Source: a virus
Virus record (IMG/VR): IMGVR_UViG_3300042337_000070
Coordinates: 43,943 to 107,942 of that record
DNA: 64,000 nucleotides
Reading direction: 5' to 3' (one strand)
The notes under the pieces were generated by a model. The model was given only the letters and a program-made list of their open reading frames with translations, had not been told where the DNA came from and did no database searches. How positions within the stretch are numbered: the stretch's first letter is position 1; each line of letters opens with the position of its first letter. The position numbers and the translations under genes were made by a program. Shown here piece by piece: positions 48,501 to 58,926 of the stretch.

Positions 48501-49235
48501 ATTACCACCCCACGCACTGGTTCCAAAATACCATAAACCACCTCCAGTATTGTTAACTGTCGATGGTTGAATATTACCCTGCATTGAAATAGTATTCAAT
48601 ACTGATGTGCTAAGTGGATCAATATAGTAAGCAGTATTGTTTGAGTCTTTAAAGATAGGAGCACGGACTTCGTGGCTTACAATCCAAATACCAGCATTAT
48701 CTAATACAGCATAAAAATCTGTCTGATTAGCAGTTGTGCTATTAAAGTATCCATAGAAACCCATAGTAGCGTCGGCCAAACGACCTAATGTAAATGTATT
48801 GTTGGCGTTTGTTGATCTAATGAATGCTTTATAGGTATTATACTGAGCCTGTGTATTGTATTCTTGAATAGGAACATCTTTAGCAGTTTTTTGAGAAATG
48901 AATGAACTACCTGATGTAGTAATGATACCACTACCAATAGACACATTTCCATAAAATGGAACAAGTGTAACTAACTGTGAAGTAACATTGACATCAATAA
49001 GAGGAATACCAGAAACATCATTGACTGAGAAGATTGAACCAGTCAAGTCGTTTGTAATAGAGAACAACTGACCAGCCGAACCCTCAAACGACAATGTTCC
49101 ATTTGCCTCGGGATATGCTCTGAGAGTAATATCGGTATTGACGCTAGTATTAGCGCCTGAGAATACAATCTTAGGATCGTCTGTTGATGATCCTCTATTA
49201 GGAGTGATTACAATGTCTTTATAAGAATTGGCCAT
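45561..49235 (-). CDS. Long tail fibre with C-terminal S74 intramolecular chaperone
   Basis: RAPIFYDS repeats, GSGLDADLLDG, SD..LK.NI...IGF.AQEV....PE...SVDY. Confidence 0.88.
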   Translation of the reverse strand: MANSYKDIVITPNRGSSTDDPKIVFSGANTSVNTDITLRAYPEANGTLSFEGSAGQLFSITNDLTGSIFSVNDVSGIPLIDVNVTSQLVTLVPFYGNVSIGSGIITTSGSSFISQKTAKDVPIQEYNTQAQYNTYKAFIRSTNANNTFTLGRLADATMGFYGYFNSTTANQTDFYAVLDNAGIWIVSHEVRAPIFKDSNNTAYYIDPLSTSVLNTISMQGNIQPSTVNNTGGGLWYFGTSAWGGNISGANSVTGMLYSGGAGSQLFTFASGPGQMSVQADGSLFAGDSPLTYNPHSINASSIGFVAAQQGISAAGIIYSNASVRAPIFYDSDDANVRWDNNVFVLRGASPSIFLRDTDGTTAALHCNSNFFYILRGTGDTETMTQVNSQWPLYINLTNNDAVFGGNLTAAGNMYSPYYYDSNDTGYYLNPQSMSVLHSVAAGLSFRRQNDTTEGGEFSLEKANNSTLSGNVTIDTIGSIIRIFEGGGTARGGYLDLASCATGASSILLHTANYNSYAPTLTGTGASGTWGISVTGSANNATYLNGLSASSYIQRYPIPNTAGATGWVNLGTFACTQDGDVLKIKINALNGYNALNSQNQITELYFKTSNGISNVGGFYGDAYAFTFGPNTNAPTTIRIVQSSTTSYVVHANFGTNSGTSFYEISHNGTSWTHSGTNNGATAPTGTYIDVTEYKIWTELSDGSGSGLDADLLDGLNASSAAGASTIVARDANGYIFSNYINTTDDVNAGTISNIVAKFGDNYHRSASAAKVASFISGQTMNIVGSASSVTNALTINNGGSGSASGTTYNGSAAVTISHNSIGAVPTGRTIGIVQGTGVTVTSSGSLDLTANRSWTIAIGQDVATTAAPTFAGLTATGLIIGRTASVANVSVSNDSGSYSARGSTTAPAVMTFHRAGAYAINMGLDTDNIFKIGGWSDGVNTYRLQLATPGNLSTLNGSLYIVNNLGIGTSSPFSSSGYGWVTTNGSTGGIYSIAVNNTEYFRIQTTTSSTTVNSTRDAPLLLSANNAEVMRVTTNGRVGVNAGAPGAKIAVVNGTAGLTSAAIQGIAGNLTLDFNAGGGHFYDAGGHYFRNFAGTALMTVGTALTGTGNRLVYSDSGGQLVNTASDLTLKTNIEPITYGLAAILQLNPISYKWKDHVRFGAQREIGFGAQEVQQVIPEVIGINSDDTLSVDYPKLTAALTKAVQELSAKLDSLKNEFDQYKSSHP

Positions 49236-49253
49236 AGTTCTCTCTTTTTAATC

Positions 49254-49261
49254 TATTTATA
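49254..49261 (-). promoter_or_regulatory. Late promoter
   Basis: Exact TATAAATA. Confidence 0.7.
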
Positions 49262-50963
49262 TACCGAATCTTCCACGCAATGAATAATAATTTTGCTTGA
49301 TTTCAGATGGACTCAGAACTCTATTGTATATGCGTCCTAGAGCAATCTTACCGTTAAAGAACTCATCACCACCGGGATGATTGACGCCTAGAGTTAGATA
49401 TGAACTTGCCACTGTAGGAAATACAGATATAGCAAATGTGCCACTATTGTTCAATGCACCGTTGATATAAATTCTCCAAGCACCACTGGCAAAAGTTGCT
49501 ACGATATGATACCAAGTATTGGTTGATAATGCTGTAGAGGTACCTTGATACCAAGTTCCTGGCCAGTTAGTTGAAAAGTAAAACTTAGAATCTGTTGCCG
49601 TCCATAGAGAATATTGCTCTCCTCCGTCAGCACCGTAAGTAAAGATAGCGCCTGCTCCAACAAACACATTGACATTTACCAATGCTTCAAGTGTTATATT
49701 GTTTGTAATGTTCAATGATGATGAGGTAACAGTCGCATTCGTAGTTGATCCGTCAAACACCATACTGTCTGTGTAGCGATCAAAATAAATACCGTTCCAA
49801 AGTGTGAGATCGTTAGAATTACCGCTTAAGTCTTTCAGTGTATTGGTTGAAGCCGGTATTCTATTATTCATCCAACCAAGCATCGCAAACTCATCGTCAG
49901 CACTGTCATTGATACAAATGAAAAATGGAGCAGTTCCTTCCCACTTCCATAGTGTAGCACCTGATGCCATATTTGTGGCACCACCACTGACAATCGTTGC
50001 TGTTACACCAGGTCCATTGGTTCCGTCTCTCTGAACCTGTCCTGGAGAAGTTTGTGTTCCTGTAAGTGTATGTGTATCCCATACTACCCAAGATGACCCA
50101 TTCCAATAAGATGTGACAATGTAGCAATTATTAGGTGCTACAATAGCATAATCAGAAAGAACATTGCCCCACGAATAACGATCTGAAAGATACTCATAAC
50201 CCAATCCTTGTGCAGCGTCGCCACCGCCACCGTCAGCAATATTCATTGCCATAACATTGTAAGTATTATCATAAGTTACATATGGACCGTAAACTGTCGG
50301 AGTGATATTATTTGTTGTATTGAAACTAGCCTGATATCGTTGATAGACATATCTTGTCATAGGACTTAGAATAGTCTTATCTGCACCTGTCTGAGTTGCT
50401 GTTGCTATCACTGGAATATTCGAAGATATCCACATATTTTGTAGATTGTTTGATGTGAATGTATTACTTGCACCCTGAGTAATAGTCAATGTTGATGTTG
50501 GTGTACCAGCAAGACCTGTTGCAACACCATCGTAAAAGTTTACTACAGCGGATCCAAATGGTGAATATACATATAGAGTTGCTGGATTGTTACGAGCAGC
50601 ATAATACCAAAACTGCTTGCCTGCCATAGTTAGAGGTGCTAGATTTTGATGCCCATCCTCTACAACAAGATTCATTGGGCCACCTCTACTATAATAGGTA
50701 TTTCCTGCTGTTACTGAGAAAGATCCTCTAGTAGGTCCTGTTGATGTTGAAACAACAGTAGATATAACGCCTGCACTAGTTCTTTCATAGATGGTAACAC
50801 CAGAACTCACGATAGAGTAAGTTGCTGTTCCTGATACGAAGCAATACCAGTCAGCATAACCATGGTCACCTTGTCCTGGTAAAGTCAGACTATTGATGTT
50901 CTTAGCATCTATAGCAAGAACCAGTCCGCTATTGTTTATCTCAGGTCCTGCGTAAGCACTCAT
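49257..50963 (-). CDS. LamG/concanavalin-like virion protein with large inserted domain
   Basis: GLVLAIDA.N ... DLSGN ... WYHIVAT, YING, IYNRVLS..EI.QNY...RGRFGI. Confidence 0.8.
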   Translation of the reverse strand: MSAYAGPEINNSGLVLAIDAKNINSLTLPGQGDHGYADWYCFVSGTATYSIVSSGVTIYERTSAGVISTVVSTSTGPTRGSFSVTAGNTYYSRGGPMNLVVEDGHQNLAPLTMAGKQFWYYAARNNPATLYVYSPFGSAVVNFYDGVATGLAGTPTSTLTITQGASNTFTSNNLQNMWISSNIPVIATATQTGADKTILSPMTRYVYQRYQASFNTTNNITPTVYGPYVTYDNTYNVMAMNIADGGGGDAAQGLGYEYLSDRYSWGNVLSDYAIVAPNNCYIVTSYWNGSSWVVWDTHTLTGTQTSPGQVQRDGTNGPGVTATIVSGGATNMASGATLWKWEGTAPFFICINDSADDEFAMLGWMNNRIPASTNTLKDLSGNSNDLTLWNGIYFDRYTDSMVFDGSTTNATVTSSSLNITNNITLEALVNVNVFVGAGAIFTYGADGGEQYSLWTATDSKFYFSTNWPGTWYQGTSTALSTNTWYHIVATFASGAWRIYINGALNNSGTFAISVFPTVASSYLTLGVNHPGGDEFFNGKIALGRIYNRVLSPSEIKQNYYSLRGRFGI

Positions 50964-51745
50964 AGTCCGAATCTTCCTCTAAGAGCATCGAAGTTCTGTG
51001 CAATCTCGGCCGCTGTCAATGCTCTATTATACATTTTCATATTACTGAAATCCATCTTAGACCACCAACAATAATCGGCAGTGCCACCAGTCCATTTAGC
51101 ACCACCTATTGATATGTCATTAGAAGTATATGCACCTTCCGAAACTGGTGTGGGTGTATATGTAGCAGTTCCTCTAGAAACACTATTGAAATACATCGTA
51201 TATAGATTGTTTTTTCTAGTTACTACTACTTGATGCCAATTTCCTTGAACTAATGTGTTCGATCCGTTTGAAACTATAAACTCATAGAAAGTTGGTCCTG
51301 TAGCACTTAGAATACCAAAACGCATATCTGATGCTGTATAGTAGAAACCTTGGTGCCATCCTCTAAAAACAGAAACTACACTTACACCTTCAGTAGCATC
51401 ATAAGACGATGGATTCAAATCATTTGGTTTAAACCAAACTTCCCAAGTAAAATCGCTGTATAGAAAGATATGAGGCTTTGCAGCGGCAGTCGTCATTGTT
51501 GTTAGATACTGATCACCAGCCGTTTGTTTGACTGCCTGAGTTGCCGAACCTGCTAAACGGCTGAATGTAATATATCCTGCACTATTATAGGTAGCATAAC
51601 TTGTCGATGGATTAGTTCTACTGAATGTTGAAGTTGTTACAACTGAATTTGCTGAGTTGCCACTTGTATAGTTTACAGGATTACGGAAATCTATACTTAG
51701 CAATAGATTATTTGTAACAATATTAGGAGAATGATTTAGTGCCAT
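50960..51745 (-). CDS. LamG-like virion protein
   Basis: FTWEVWFK, WHQVVVT, YNRALTAAEIAQNF.A.RGRFGL. Confidence 0.8.
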   Translation of the reverse strand: MALNHSPNIVTNNLLLSIDFRNPVNYTSGNSANSVVTTSTFSRTNPSTSYATYNSAGYITFSRLAGSATQAVKQTAGDQYLTTMTTAAAKPHIFLYSDFTWEVWFKPNDLNPSSYDATEGVSVVSVFRGWHQGFYYTASDMRFGILSATGPTFYEFIVSNGSNTLVQGNWHQVVVTRKNNLYTMYFNSVSRGTATYTPTPVSEGAYTSNDISIGGAKWTGGTADYCWWSKMDFSNMKMYNRALTAAEIAQNFDALRGRFGL

Positions 51746-52434
51746 TAGATACCGTATCTTCCTCTAATAGCAAAAAAGTTTTCTTTAATTTCTTCATCGG
51801 TCAATACACGATTATAAATGTGTAGAGGGCCCATTGTCATCAATCCGGCTATAGCACCATTAAATATGTAGATAGCAGAGGATCCGGATGTTTTGGGATT
51901 TGCTAAAGTGGCGCTGGTATTGAAAGCACCATTAATATATGATCTACCAGCAGCGCCGTTTTTAGATACTCCGACATAATACCAAGTATCAATTAGAAAG
52001 TCGGTTGTATCGCTATTAAGACAAATACCCGAAAATCCCGTATTGCCTGGATCGTATCTCCAATGAATCATTCTATTAGACGGATTTCTCCAAATACCGG
52101 GGGTTCTATCTGATCCACCAGCAGGATAACCAATAATTTGTTCCCAGTTACCTGAATATCCATTACTACCGTAAGTGGCCGTCGTATTAAATTTAATCAT
52201 GAATAGAATAGTGTGAGAGTCATTATTCAAAATAGATGTCGAGGATGACGATGCTATAGCACCCGAGTTTAAACCTGGTGTTGTCATGTTTGCTGCTGTC
52301 ACAGAAAAGTTAAGTTGTGACGAACTAAGATCAAACCAAGTTGTTCCTGATCCTGGGTAAGATACTCTATTCCCAGGATCCAAACACAATACTAATCCAG
52401 ATGTTTGTATTTTTGTGTTATAAGCAACACCCAT
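51745..52434 (-). CDS. LamG-like virion protein
   Basis: GLVLCLD.GN..SYPGSGTTW.DLS, IYNRVLT.EEI..NF.A.RGRYGI. Confidence 0.8.
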   Translation of the reverse strand: MGVAYNTKIQTSGLVLCLDPGNRVSYPGSGTTWFDLSSSQLNFSVTAANMTTPGLNSGAIASSSSTSILNNDSHTILFMIKFNTTATYGSNGYSGNWEQIIGYPAGGSDRTPGIWRNPSNRMIHWRYDPGNTGFSGICLNSDTTDFLIDTWYYVGVSKNGAAGRSYINGAFNTSATLANPKTSGSSAIYIFNGAIAGLMTMGPLHIYNRVLTDEEIKENFFAIRGRYGI

Positions 52435-55400
52435 TACTCATCAAACTCCACTACCAGTTTATCAACATCATTACGTTCCGCATAGATGTGATAGAAGCAA
52501 TAAGGTTGAGTATGGTTTTCAGTATCAATATGAACTCTATTATTTTTTATTTCGACCACATATGGTTTTTGAGAATGACCAATAGCAGTTAGTTGAACTG
52601 TGATAGAGTCTTCATCTACCAATCCTGTCCAGTAGTCTGGTAGATCAATAACTTTACCATCAATCTTACCACGAATATAGACACCGTTTTCCGGACCTTC
52701 GAGCGATCCATAGCGTAGTTTCTTACCAGGCTTTGTAGGATGATCGATAACGAATGACTTGGTGGTTGCAGCGAATGAACCATTGACTTGTAGTTTGTAA
52801 GTTGTTGTATTCAATCCAATTGCAACATTACCACCACCATAACAGAGTGTAACATCTTGTCCTGAGGTGTAATTGATATGGATAGGTGTATTATTACCTT
52901 CCATCTGGTTACTGTCAAAACCGATACCTGTTGTTGTAGTTCCGATAACAAGGGCAGCCTGAGACATGTCAAGCACACCAACTCCAGCATTTAGGTTACC
53001 GATAGGATTGAGTTGTAATCTAGCACCTGGTGTTGTGGTTCCAATACCAACTCTTCCAGTTCCGGTAATACGCATTGCTTCTGTCGTATTATTGACAGCA
53101 AAACTAATAGCATCGCCTGACGTTCCAGCAGATACCACGTTTCTAATAGTAACGCCACCGAATGTTCCTGCGTTATCATATCCAAATAGAGCACCATAAC
53201 CACCTGCTCTATTAGCACCGAAATACGCAAATCCTGATGTAGAAGCAGTGCTAATTTGAACAGGAACCGCTGAATCTACTAGAGATCCTCCGCCAACAGA
53301 AAGTAATGCTAGTGGTGCTGTATTACCAATACCAACATTACCGCTCGATAGCATAGTCATTACTGTGGTATTTGCAGCAATGAATGAACCATGTGCTAGT
53401 GTGAAGTCTAAACGGGTTCTGGAGTTTACGCTGTCGTTTTCATATCTTGAAAGATTAAATTGTGCAGCCGCACCAAACGCTTGACCACCAGTACCTTGTC
53501 TTCCAAGCATCATAACAGTCTTAGGATCATTCAATACGCTTGTGCCGGTTGCTGTCTGATGCACAACCATAAGTGTATTAGTATCGTAAGTATATGATGC
53601 ATCATCAGTTACTTTTGCACCAACATGTAGTCGTGTTACTGGAGATGCTGTTGCAATACCAACCTTTTCACTTCCGTCAAATGTCATGACAGGAACAGAA
53701 GCGTTATATCTCTGGAAGTAGAATCTATTGGTATTACCGTCTGCTACAATGTCCCAGAATGCAGAATTATTGTCAGCATTTCTTAGTGTAACGATTACAG
53801 GTCTGGTAGATCCTTTGGTAATAAACGATGTATTTCTAAGTGAATCGCCTGGATCCGATCCAGCGGTAAAGTTCGATCCAACTGTGTGAGAGAATGTGGC
53901 AACATTTGCTCTAATTTGAACATCGCCGGAGTTATTGTTGAACCATGATGCTCCGCCGGCTACATGAAGTCTATAAGAAGGAGCGGTACCAACACCAAAG
54001 TTGCCACCATTATTGACATAGTTGTCGCCGCCGCCGGCACTAAAGAGTATTTTTGTTACTCCGCCTGATAGCAACTCGAATGATCCGCCGTCATTTGCTG
54101 CTGTCTGACCGTATATCTTAGCGACAACATTGGTAGCATTTTCTAATGAATAACCATTATATTGTGTAGCAGTTTTAGAACGAATACCTCCCGCAACGTC
54201 TAGTTTTGTTGCTGGCGATGAAGTTCCGATACCTACGTTACCACCATTAGTAATCCACATGGTGCTTAATTGAGTGCCAGCATTTAGTGTGCCCAGAACA
54301 AGTCCTGATCCAACACCTTGTGTGATATATCCTCCAATCGTTCCGCCGTATCCACTACCCTTTTCAATACGAATAAGAGTATTAGATGTGCCTGAAACCG
54401 CAGCAGCAGACCAGAAGCGGCTGATATAATAATCTACATCAGAAGAACTATTGAAAACTTGAAACGTATATGCTGATGAAGTAACACCGATGGCAACGTT
54501 TCCGCCATAAGGTTGTAGTAGGAGATTGCCTTTGACATTACTTTCATCACCGGATTCAATCATCATGTTATTTCTTGTTATTTGTGAGAACAAGATTCTA
54601 CTATGAAGTGAACCGCTTGGATTGTTACCTTGTCTAAACGAAACAATATCATTATATGTGTTTGAATTTGTATTTCTTAATACAACTAATTTAGTATCTG
54701 GATTTGAATCACCAATACCAACATAATTACTCGCAGTAAATCTAACAATTTCAGAAGCAGCAGTGCTGAATACTATATTAGCACTTTCCCATGTGTATAA
54801 GTTAAGATCACCTCTACCTCTATGCTGAATCCAAGAAGCAGCATTAGCACCTGTATTATCTCTGATAATTCTTAGTGAATAGTCTGTATAAGTATCGTCA
54901 CCACGAAAATCAATATAAGCATAACGATTGCCAGTACCAAAGTTATTAATTTCCATTGAGGATGATTGAAATAAATGATTGGCAATACGTGTATCACCAC
55001 GAACATCAAAATCAAATGATGTTGATGCTACACCAATAGAAACATTACCATTATGATCCATACGTAGACCAGATGTGGTATTTGACCATGGAACAATAGA
55101 GAGACCGCAAACAGTATCAGAGTTACCATTGTTGAACATGATAATTTTATCATTGTTCTGAACAAGTCCATTCCAAGAACCTACGGCAACATTAGCAGCA
55201 AATTTTAGATTTCCACCAGTGGTTGATGATAGAAGCATACCATCGGTGCCTCTACCAGTTGTTTGAACATGTAATTTATCAAGAGGTGTTGCACCACCAA
55301 CAGATACTTGTCCAGTAACATAGAAATCAACAGTATTGGCACCACCATTAGCATTGAACAAACTAACAGAGCGTGATCCTACTCCGCCAGTGAAGATTCT

Positions 55401-58376
55401 CATAACTGTAGAATAACTATCAATTGTCCAGTTAGGATTTGATCCTGCTCCAATAAGATTAATCTGTCCACCTTCATTAGAACCATCAAATGGTGTCAAT
55501 GTTAGCAAATTATTAGCAGTAATACTACCTGTAGTTGTTAGAGCGCCTGCTAATGTGACTGTTGTATTAGCAAGTTTAGTATCAGCATAAGCATTTGCTG
55601 CCAATACAGATGTATTAGTATAGGCTCTCGCTATAATAAGATTAGCAGCAACTATAGTGCTGGCAAATGCATTACCGGCATTAGCCATAAATCCAGAGTA
55701 GTTATTAGCAGCGGTTGTTGATGTATTAGTGTATGCTGTAGCAGTTACTAAGTTAGCAGCCACAATGGTAGAGGCAAATGCATTACCAGCATTAGCCATA
55801 AATCCAGAGTAGTTGTTTGCCGCAGTTGCTACAGAAGAAACGTCAGTGTTTGTGGCAATGCTATACCATGTTGTACCATCATTCGTTATAGTCCAGTTAT
55901 CGTTTCCTTCTCTCCATAGAATAGAAACGTTTGCTGATGATCCACGTTTTACTTCGATGCCCGCATCTTCTGATGGAGCGACGGCCGCCGGAATGTCATT
56001 GTTAAGAGTAATGATAGCATCGCCAATTAGCAATGTCTGAGTATTAGCGTAAGTAACAACACCGGATGTTGTTAAATTACCTTGAACTACTAGATCACCA
56101 GTAATGGTATCTCCGGCCTTCTTTACATATGTTGAGTTTGCATATGTATTAGCATTGTTAGCAACTAAACCTGCTTGGTTAGCAGCACCAAAAGCAGCAT
56201 TGGCAATAACACCTGCTTGGTTAGCATTCAGACCCGCAGTATTAGCAGAAGCACCAGCGGTATTTGCTGACGTAAATGCAGCATTTACAGAAACATAAGC
56301 AGCCGACAAACGAACGTTGTCAGTGTTAGACTGTGTAAAGACTGCATTTGTTAGAACATAGTCAGCATTAGAAGATGTATAAGCAGCATTGATAACTGCA
56401 AATGCAGAGTTAACAGCATTATAAGTTAGATTAGAATGATTGAATGCGGCTGTTGTGTTTGTTGATACACCGTTTGCAAAAGCAAAAGCAGCGGCGCCGT
56501 TTGTGGCAGTATAGGCATTGTTAGCAACACCGAATGCAGCATTGATTACACCGAATGCTGAGTTGACGGCTGTATAGGCAACATTACCTTCGTTGAATGC
56601 AGCATTGGCAATGACACCTGCTTGGTTAGCGGCAGCAAATGCACCGTTAGCAATAGTTCCTGCACCATTAGCCATGACACCAGCATAGTTGTTTGCTGAT
56701 GTGGCATTTGTTGCTACTGTTGTTTGTGTAGCGTAAGTAGAGTTAGCATAGACATTGGCTGAGTTAGCCATGGCACCAGCATAATTATTGGATGAACTAA
56801 CCGATGTATTGACATAAAGTCTTACACCTGAATCAGCGGTAGCAAATGCACCGTTGACGCTATTGGCCATAGCACCTGCATAGTTGTTTGCTGCAACCGC
56901 AGTATTTGCTAAATCAGATGCGACAGTATTTGCTTTATTGAATCCAGAGTTAGCAACACCAAATGCAGATACTAGAACACCAGAGTTTTCAAATCTTCCT
57001 TTAGAGGAAATGTAAGTGATAATATCACCGTTAGCAAGACCATTTAACTCAACCAGTTCGTCTTCGTTTAGTTTAGAACCAAGTGTTAGACGAATTTCTA
57101 GAGCGCCTTGGATATTATGACTATTGACAACCGCAGCAATGGTAATCTTATTGTTTGGTGCAGTTGGCATAGTATTTTGAAATGCACCAGGAGTAGTAGA
57201 TGAGACATACAAAATGTCCCCTTGACTAAACATACTAGTGTTGATACCTCTAAGTTTTCCTTGAGATATAACAAAACCATCTGCTCCATCAGCAATATTG
57301 GCGGCCGCCACACCTACAACATACTTTGATGGATATTGATTGTTTGCTGTAGCAGGGGCCACAAGAAGACGACTAGATGCACCTAATGTGCCAGCAAATC
57401 TTACTACTGTTCCTTTTGTGATTGTAGAACCAGTCTGATTCTTAACATAGTAAAATAAATCTTGTCCAATATGTCCAATGACATTGCTTGGTGTATCCAT
57501 ATCAAAATGAAGTGTGGAATCATCTTGTGACCAAGTAAGAGCACCAGGAACTGTTGGTGTTATGTTTGTGCTGGTATTGAACATAAGTTGTGTTACATTG
57601 GTGATCGATCCACCAATAAACACGTTGTTAGTAACTCTTAAATTGTTAACATTACCACTGATATTGGCAATCATTGAATTGGCAATGACTACATCATAGG
57701 CATACAATGTATTCTTGACGTTTAGCGAACCATTGAATAGTGCACCGTCTGTATTAGAAAGTTTAGTATTTGCCCAAGCATTGGCAGCATTGACCATCAA
57801 TCCTGCATAGTTATTGGAAGCACCTACAGAAGTATTGGTATAATCTCTAGCCGCATTCAAAACAGTGCCATTAGCATACCCATAAGCATCTGTTAGAATT
57901 TGTAATCCATAGGCATTGGTATAGTTGTTAGCACCAATACCTGTATTGAATGCTAGAACGTTTGCTGCATTCGCCTTATCATAAGCGGCATTTGCAACAG
58001 TGAAACTTGTGTTAGATTTACCAAAAGCAGAATTAGATATAACACCTGCTTGATTGGCAGCGTCAAAAGCAGACTTTAGATTAGCAGTAATAGTGAAAGA
58101 ATCAGAGAAGATGTTTGCGCTTAGATCAATATTATCACCGTTGATAATGGTGAGATAATCACCTTGAGTATCAGCAATTAGAAGTTGACCTGCAACATTG
58201 ACAGCACCGAAGTTGAAAGGTATATCTCCACCTGAAACATATGCAATTTGTCCAGCTGTATTTTTATAATAAATTCTGCCATCAGCATAGTTGATGGCAA
58301 TTTCACCATATTCGAGACTAGTAGGAGCCTTATTAACTTCGGATGATTTTTTAAGTTTGATTACTGTGTTAGCCAT
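52434..58376 (-). CDS. Very long tail fibre (1980 aa)
   Basis: N-terminal IKLKKS..P..L..GE.AINY.DG; Ala/Asn coiled coils; GNVGIGT..P repeats; C-terminal KSFVIDHP...L.Y..LEGPE. Confidence 0.88.
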   Translation of the reverse strand: MANTVIKLKKSSEVNKAPTSLEYGEIAINYADGRIYYKNTAGQIAYVSGGDIPFNFGAVNVAGQLLIADTQGDYLTIINGDNIDLSANIFSDSFTITANLKSAFDAANQAGVISNSAFGKSNTSFTVANAAYDKANAANVLAFNTGIGANNYTNAYGLQILTDAYGYANGTVLNAARDYTNTSVGASNNYAGLMVNAANAWANTKLSNTDGALFNGSLNVKNTLYAYDVVIANSMIANISGNVNNLRVTNNVFIGGSITNVTQLMFNTSTNITPTVPGALTWSQDDSTLHFDMDTPSNVIGHIGQDLFYYVKNQTGSTITKGTVVRFAGTLGASSRLLVAPATANNQYPSKYVVGVAAANIADGADGFVISQGKLRGINTSMFSQGDILYVSSTTPGAFQNTMPTAPNNKITIAAVVNSHNIQGALEIRLTLGSKLNEDELVELNGLANGDIITYISSKGRFENSGVLVSAFGVANSGFNKANTVASDLANTAVAANNYAGAMANSVNGAFATADSGVRLYVNTSVSSSNNYAGAMANSANVYANSTYATQTTVATNATSANNYAGVMANGAGTIANGAFAAANQAGVIANAAFNEGNVAYTAVNSAFGVINAAFGVANNAYTATNGAAAFAFANGVSTNTTAAFNHSNLTYNAVNSAFAVINAAYTSSNADYVLTNAVFTQSNTDNVRLSAAYVSVNAAFTSANTAGASANTAGLNANQAGVIANAAFGAANQAGLVANNANTYANSTYVKKAGDTITGDLVVQGNLTTSGVVTYANTQTLLIGDAIITLNNDIPAAVAPSEDAGIEVKRGSSANVSILWREGNDNWTITNDGTTWYSIATNTDVSSVATAANNYSGFMANAGNAFASTIVAANLVTATAYTNTSTTAANNYSGFMANAGNAFASTIVAANLIIARAYTNTSVLAANAYADTKLANTTVTLAGALTTTGSITANNLLTLTPFDGSNEGGQINLIGAGSNPNWTIDSYSTVMRIFTGGVGSRSVSLFNANGGANTVDFYVTGQVSVGGATPLDKLHVQTTGRGTDGMLLSSTTGGNLKFAANVAVGSWNGLVQNNDKIIMFNNGNSDTVCGLSIVPWSNTTSGLRMDHNGNVSIGVASTSFDFDVRGDTRIANHLFQSSSMEINNFGTGNRYAYIDFRGDDTYTDYSLRIIRDNTGANAASWIQHRGRGDLNLYTWESANIVFSTAASEIVRFTASNYVGIGDSNPDTKLVVLRNTNSNTYNDIVSFRQGNNPSGSLHSRILFSQITRNNMMIESGDESNVKGNLLLQPYGGNVAIGVTSSAYTFQVFNSSSDVDYYISRFWSAAAVSGTSNTLIRIEKGSGYGGTIGGYITQGVGSGLVLGTLNAGTQLSTMWITNGGNVGIGTSSPATKLDVAGGIRSKTATQYNGYSLENATNVVAKIYGQTAANDGGSFELLSGGVTKILFSAGGGDNYVNNGGNFGVGTAPSYRLHVAGGASWFNNNSGDVQIRANVATFSHTVGSNFTAGSDPGDSLRNTSFITKGSTRPVIVTLRNADNNSAFWDIVADGNTNRFYFQRYNASVPVMTFDGSEKVGIATASPVTRLHVGAKVTDDASYTYDTNTLMVVHQTATGTSVLNDPKTVMMLGRQGTGGQAFGAAAQFNLSRYENDSVNSRTRLDFTLAHGSFIAANTTVMTMLSSGNVGIGNTAPLALLSVGGGSLVDSAVPVQISTASTSGFAYFGANRAGGYGALFGYDNAGTFGGVTIRNVVSAGTSGDAISFAVNNTTEAMRITGTGRVGIGTTTPGARLQLNPIGNLNAGVGVLDMSQAALVIGTTTTGIGFDSNQMEGNNTPIHINYTSGQDVTLCYGGGNVAIGLNTTTYKLQVNGSFAATTKSFVIDHPTKPGKKLRYGSLEGPENGVYIRGKIDGKVIDLPDYWTGLVDEDSITVQLTAIGHSQKPYVVEIKNNRVHIDTENHTQPYCFYHIYAERNDVDKLVVEFDE

Positions 58377-58906
58377 TAAAAGTCGTCATTCTCGTCTTTC
58401 GGCTGGGCTTCAACTAGTTTGAGATCCTCTATAGGAGTTACTTCCATAAGAGGTACTACTGGAGCGACTGCAACCTCGGTTACCTTTTTCTTATTTATAG
58501 TCTTTTTGGAAGGCGATTTAGGATCTTTGAGACTGTCAATTTCATCTTGCTTTTCGGCAAGAAGAACAGTTAAATTTTCAATTTCAACATTTTTATTCAA
58601 TAAAGAATGTTTGATGTCATTCAACTGAGTTGTTAAAGCATCCATATGCGAAACTTTATTCTTAAGTGCCTCATAAGATGCTTTGAGTGCGTTTGAATCT
58701 TCTACACTTTTTGTTAGTCCCGAAGCCGTCTTCTTAGTTTCTTCTAGTTGTTCTTCTAGAGATGAGATTAGAGCATCTTTTTCCGAAACAACTTCTGTGG
58801 CAATTCTTAGTTGGGATTTTAACTGTAATATCGTAGATGTTTGTTCATGTATCATACCTAAAGCATTATCAACATAGGCATTCACATACTTTTGATGGTC
58901 ACTCAT
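58376..58906 (-). CDS. Coiled-coil protein
   Basis: Long heptad helix. Confidence 0.7.
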   Translation of the reverse strand: MSDHQKYVNAYVDNALGMIHEQTSTILQLKSQLRIATEVVSEKDALISSLEEQLEETKKTASGLTKSVEDSNALKASYEALKNKVSHMDALTTQLNDIKHSLLNKNVEIENLTVLLAEKQDEIDSLKDPKSPSKKTINKKKVTEVAVAPVVPLMEVTPIEDLKLVEAQPKDENDDF

Positions 58907-58926
58907 TATTTTTCTCCAATATTACG

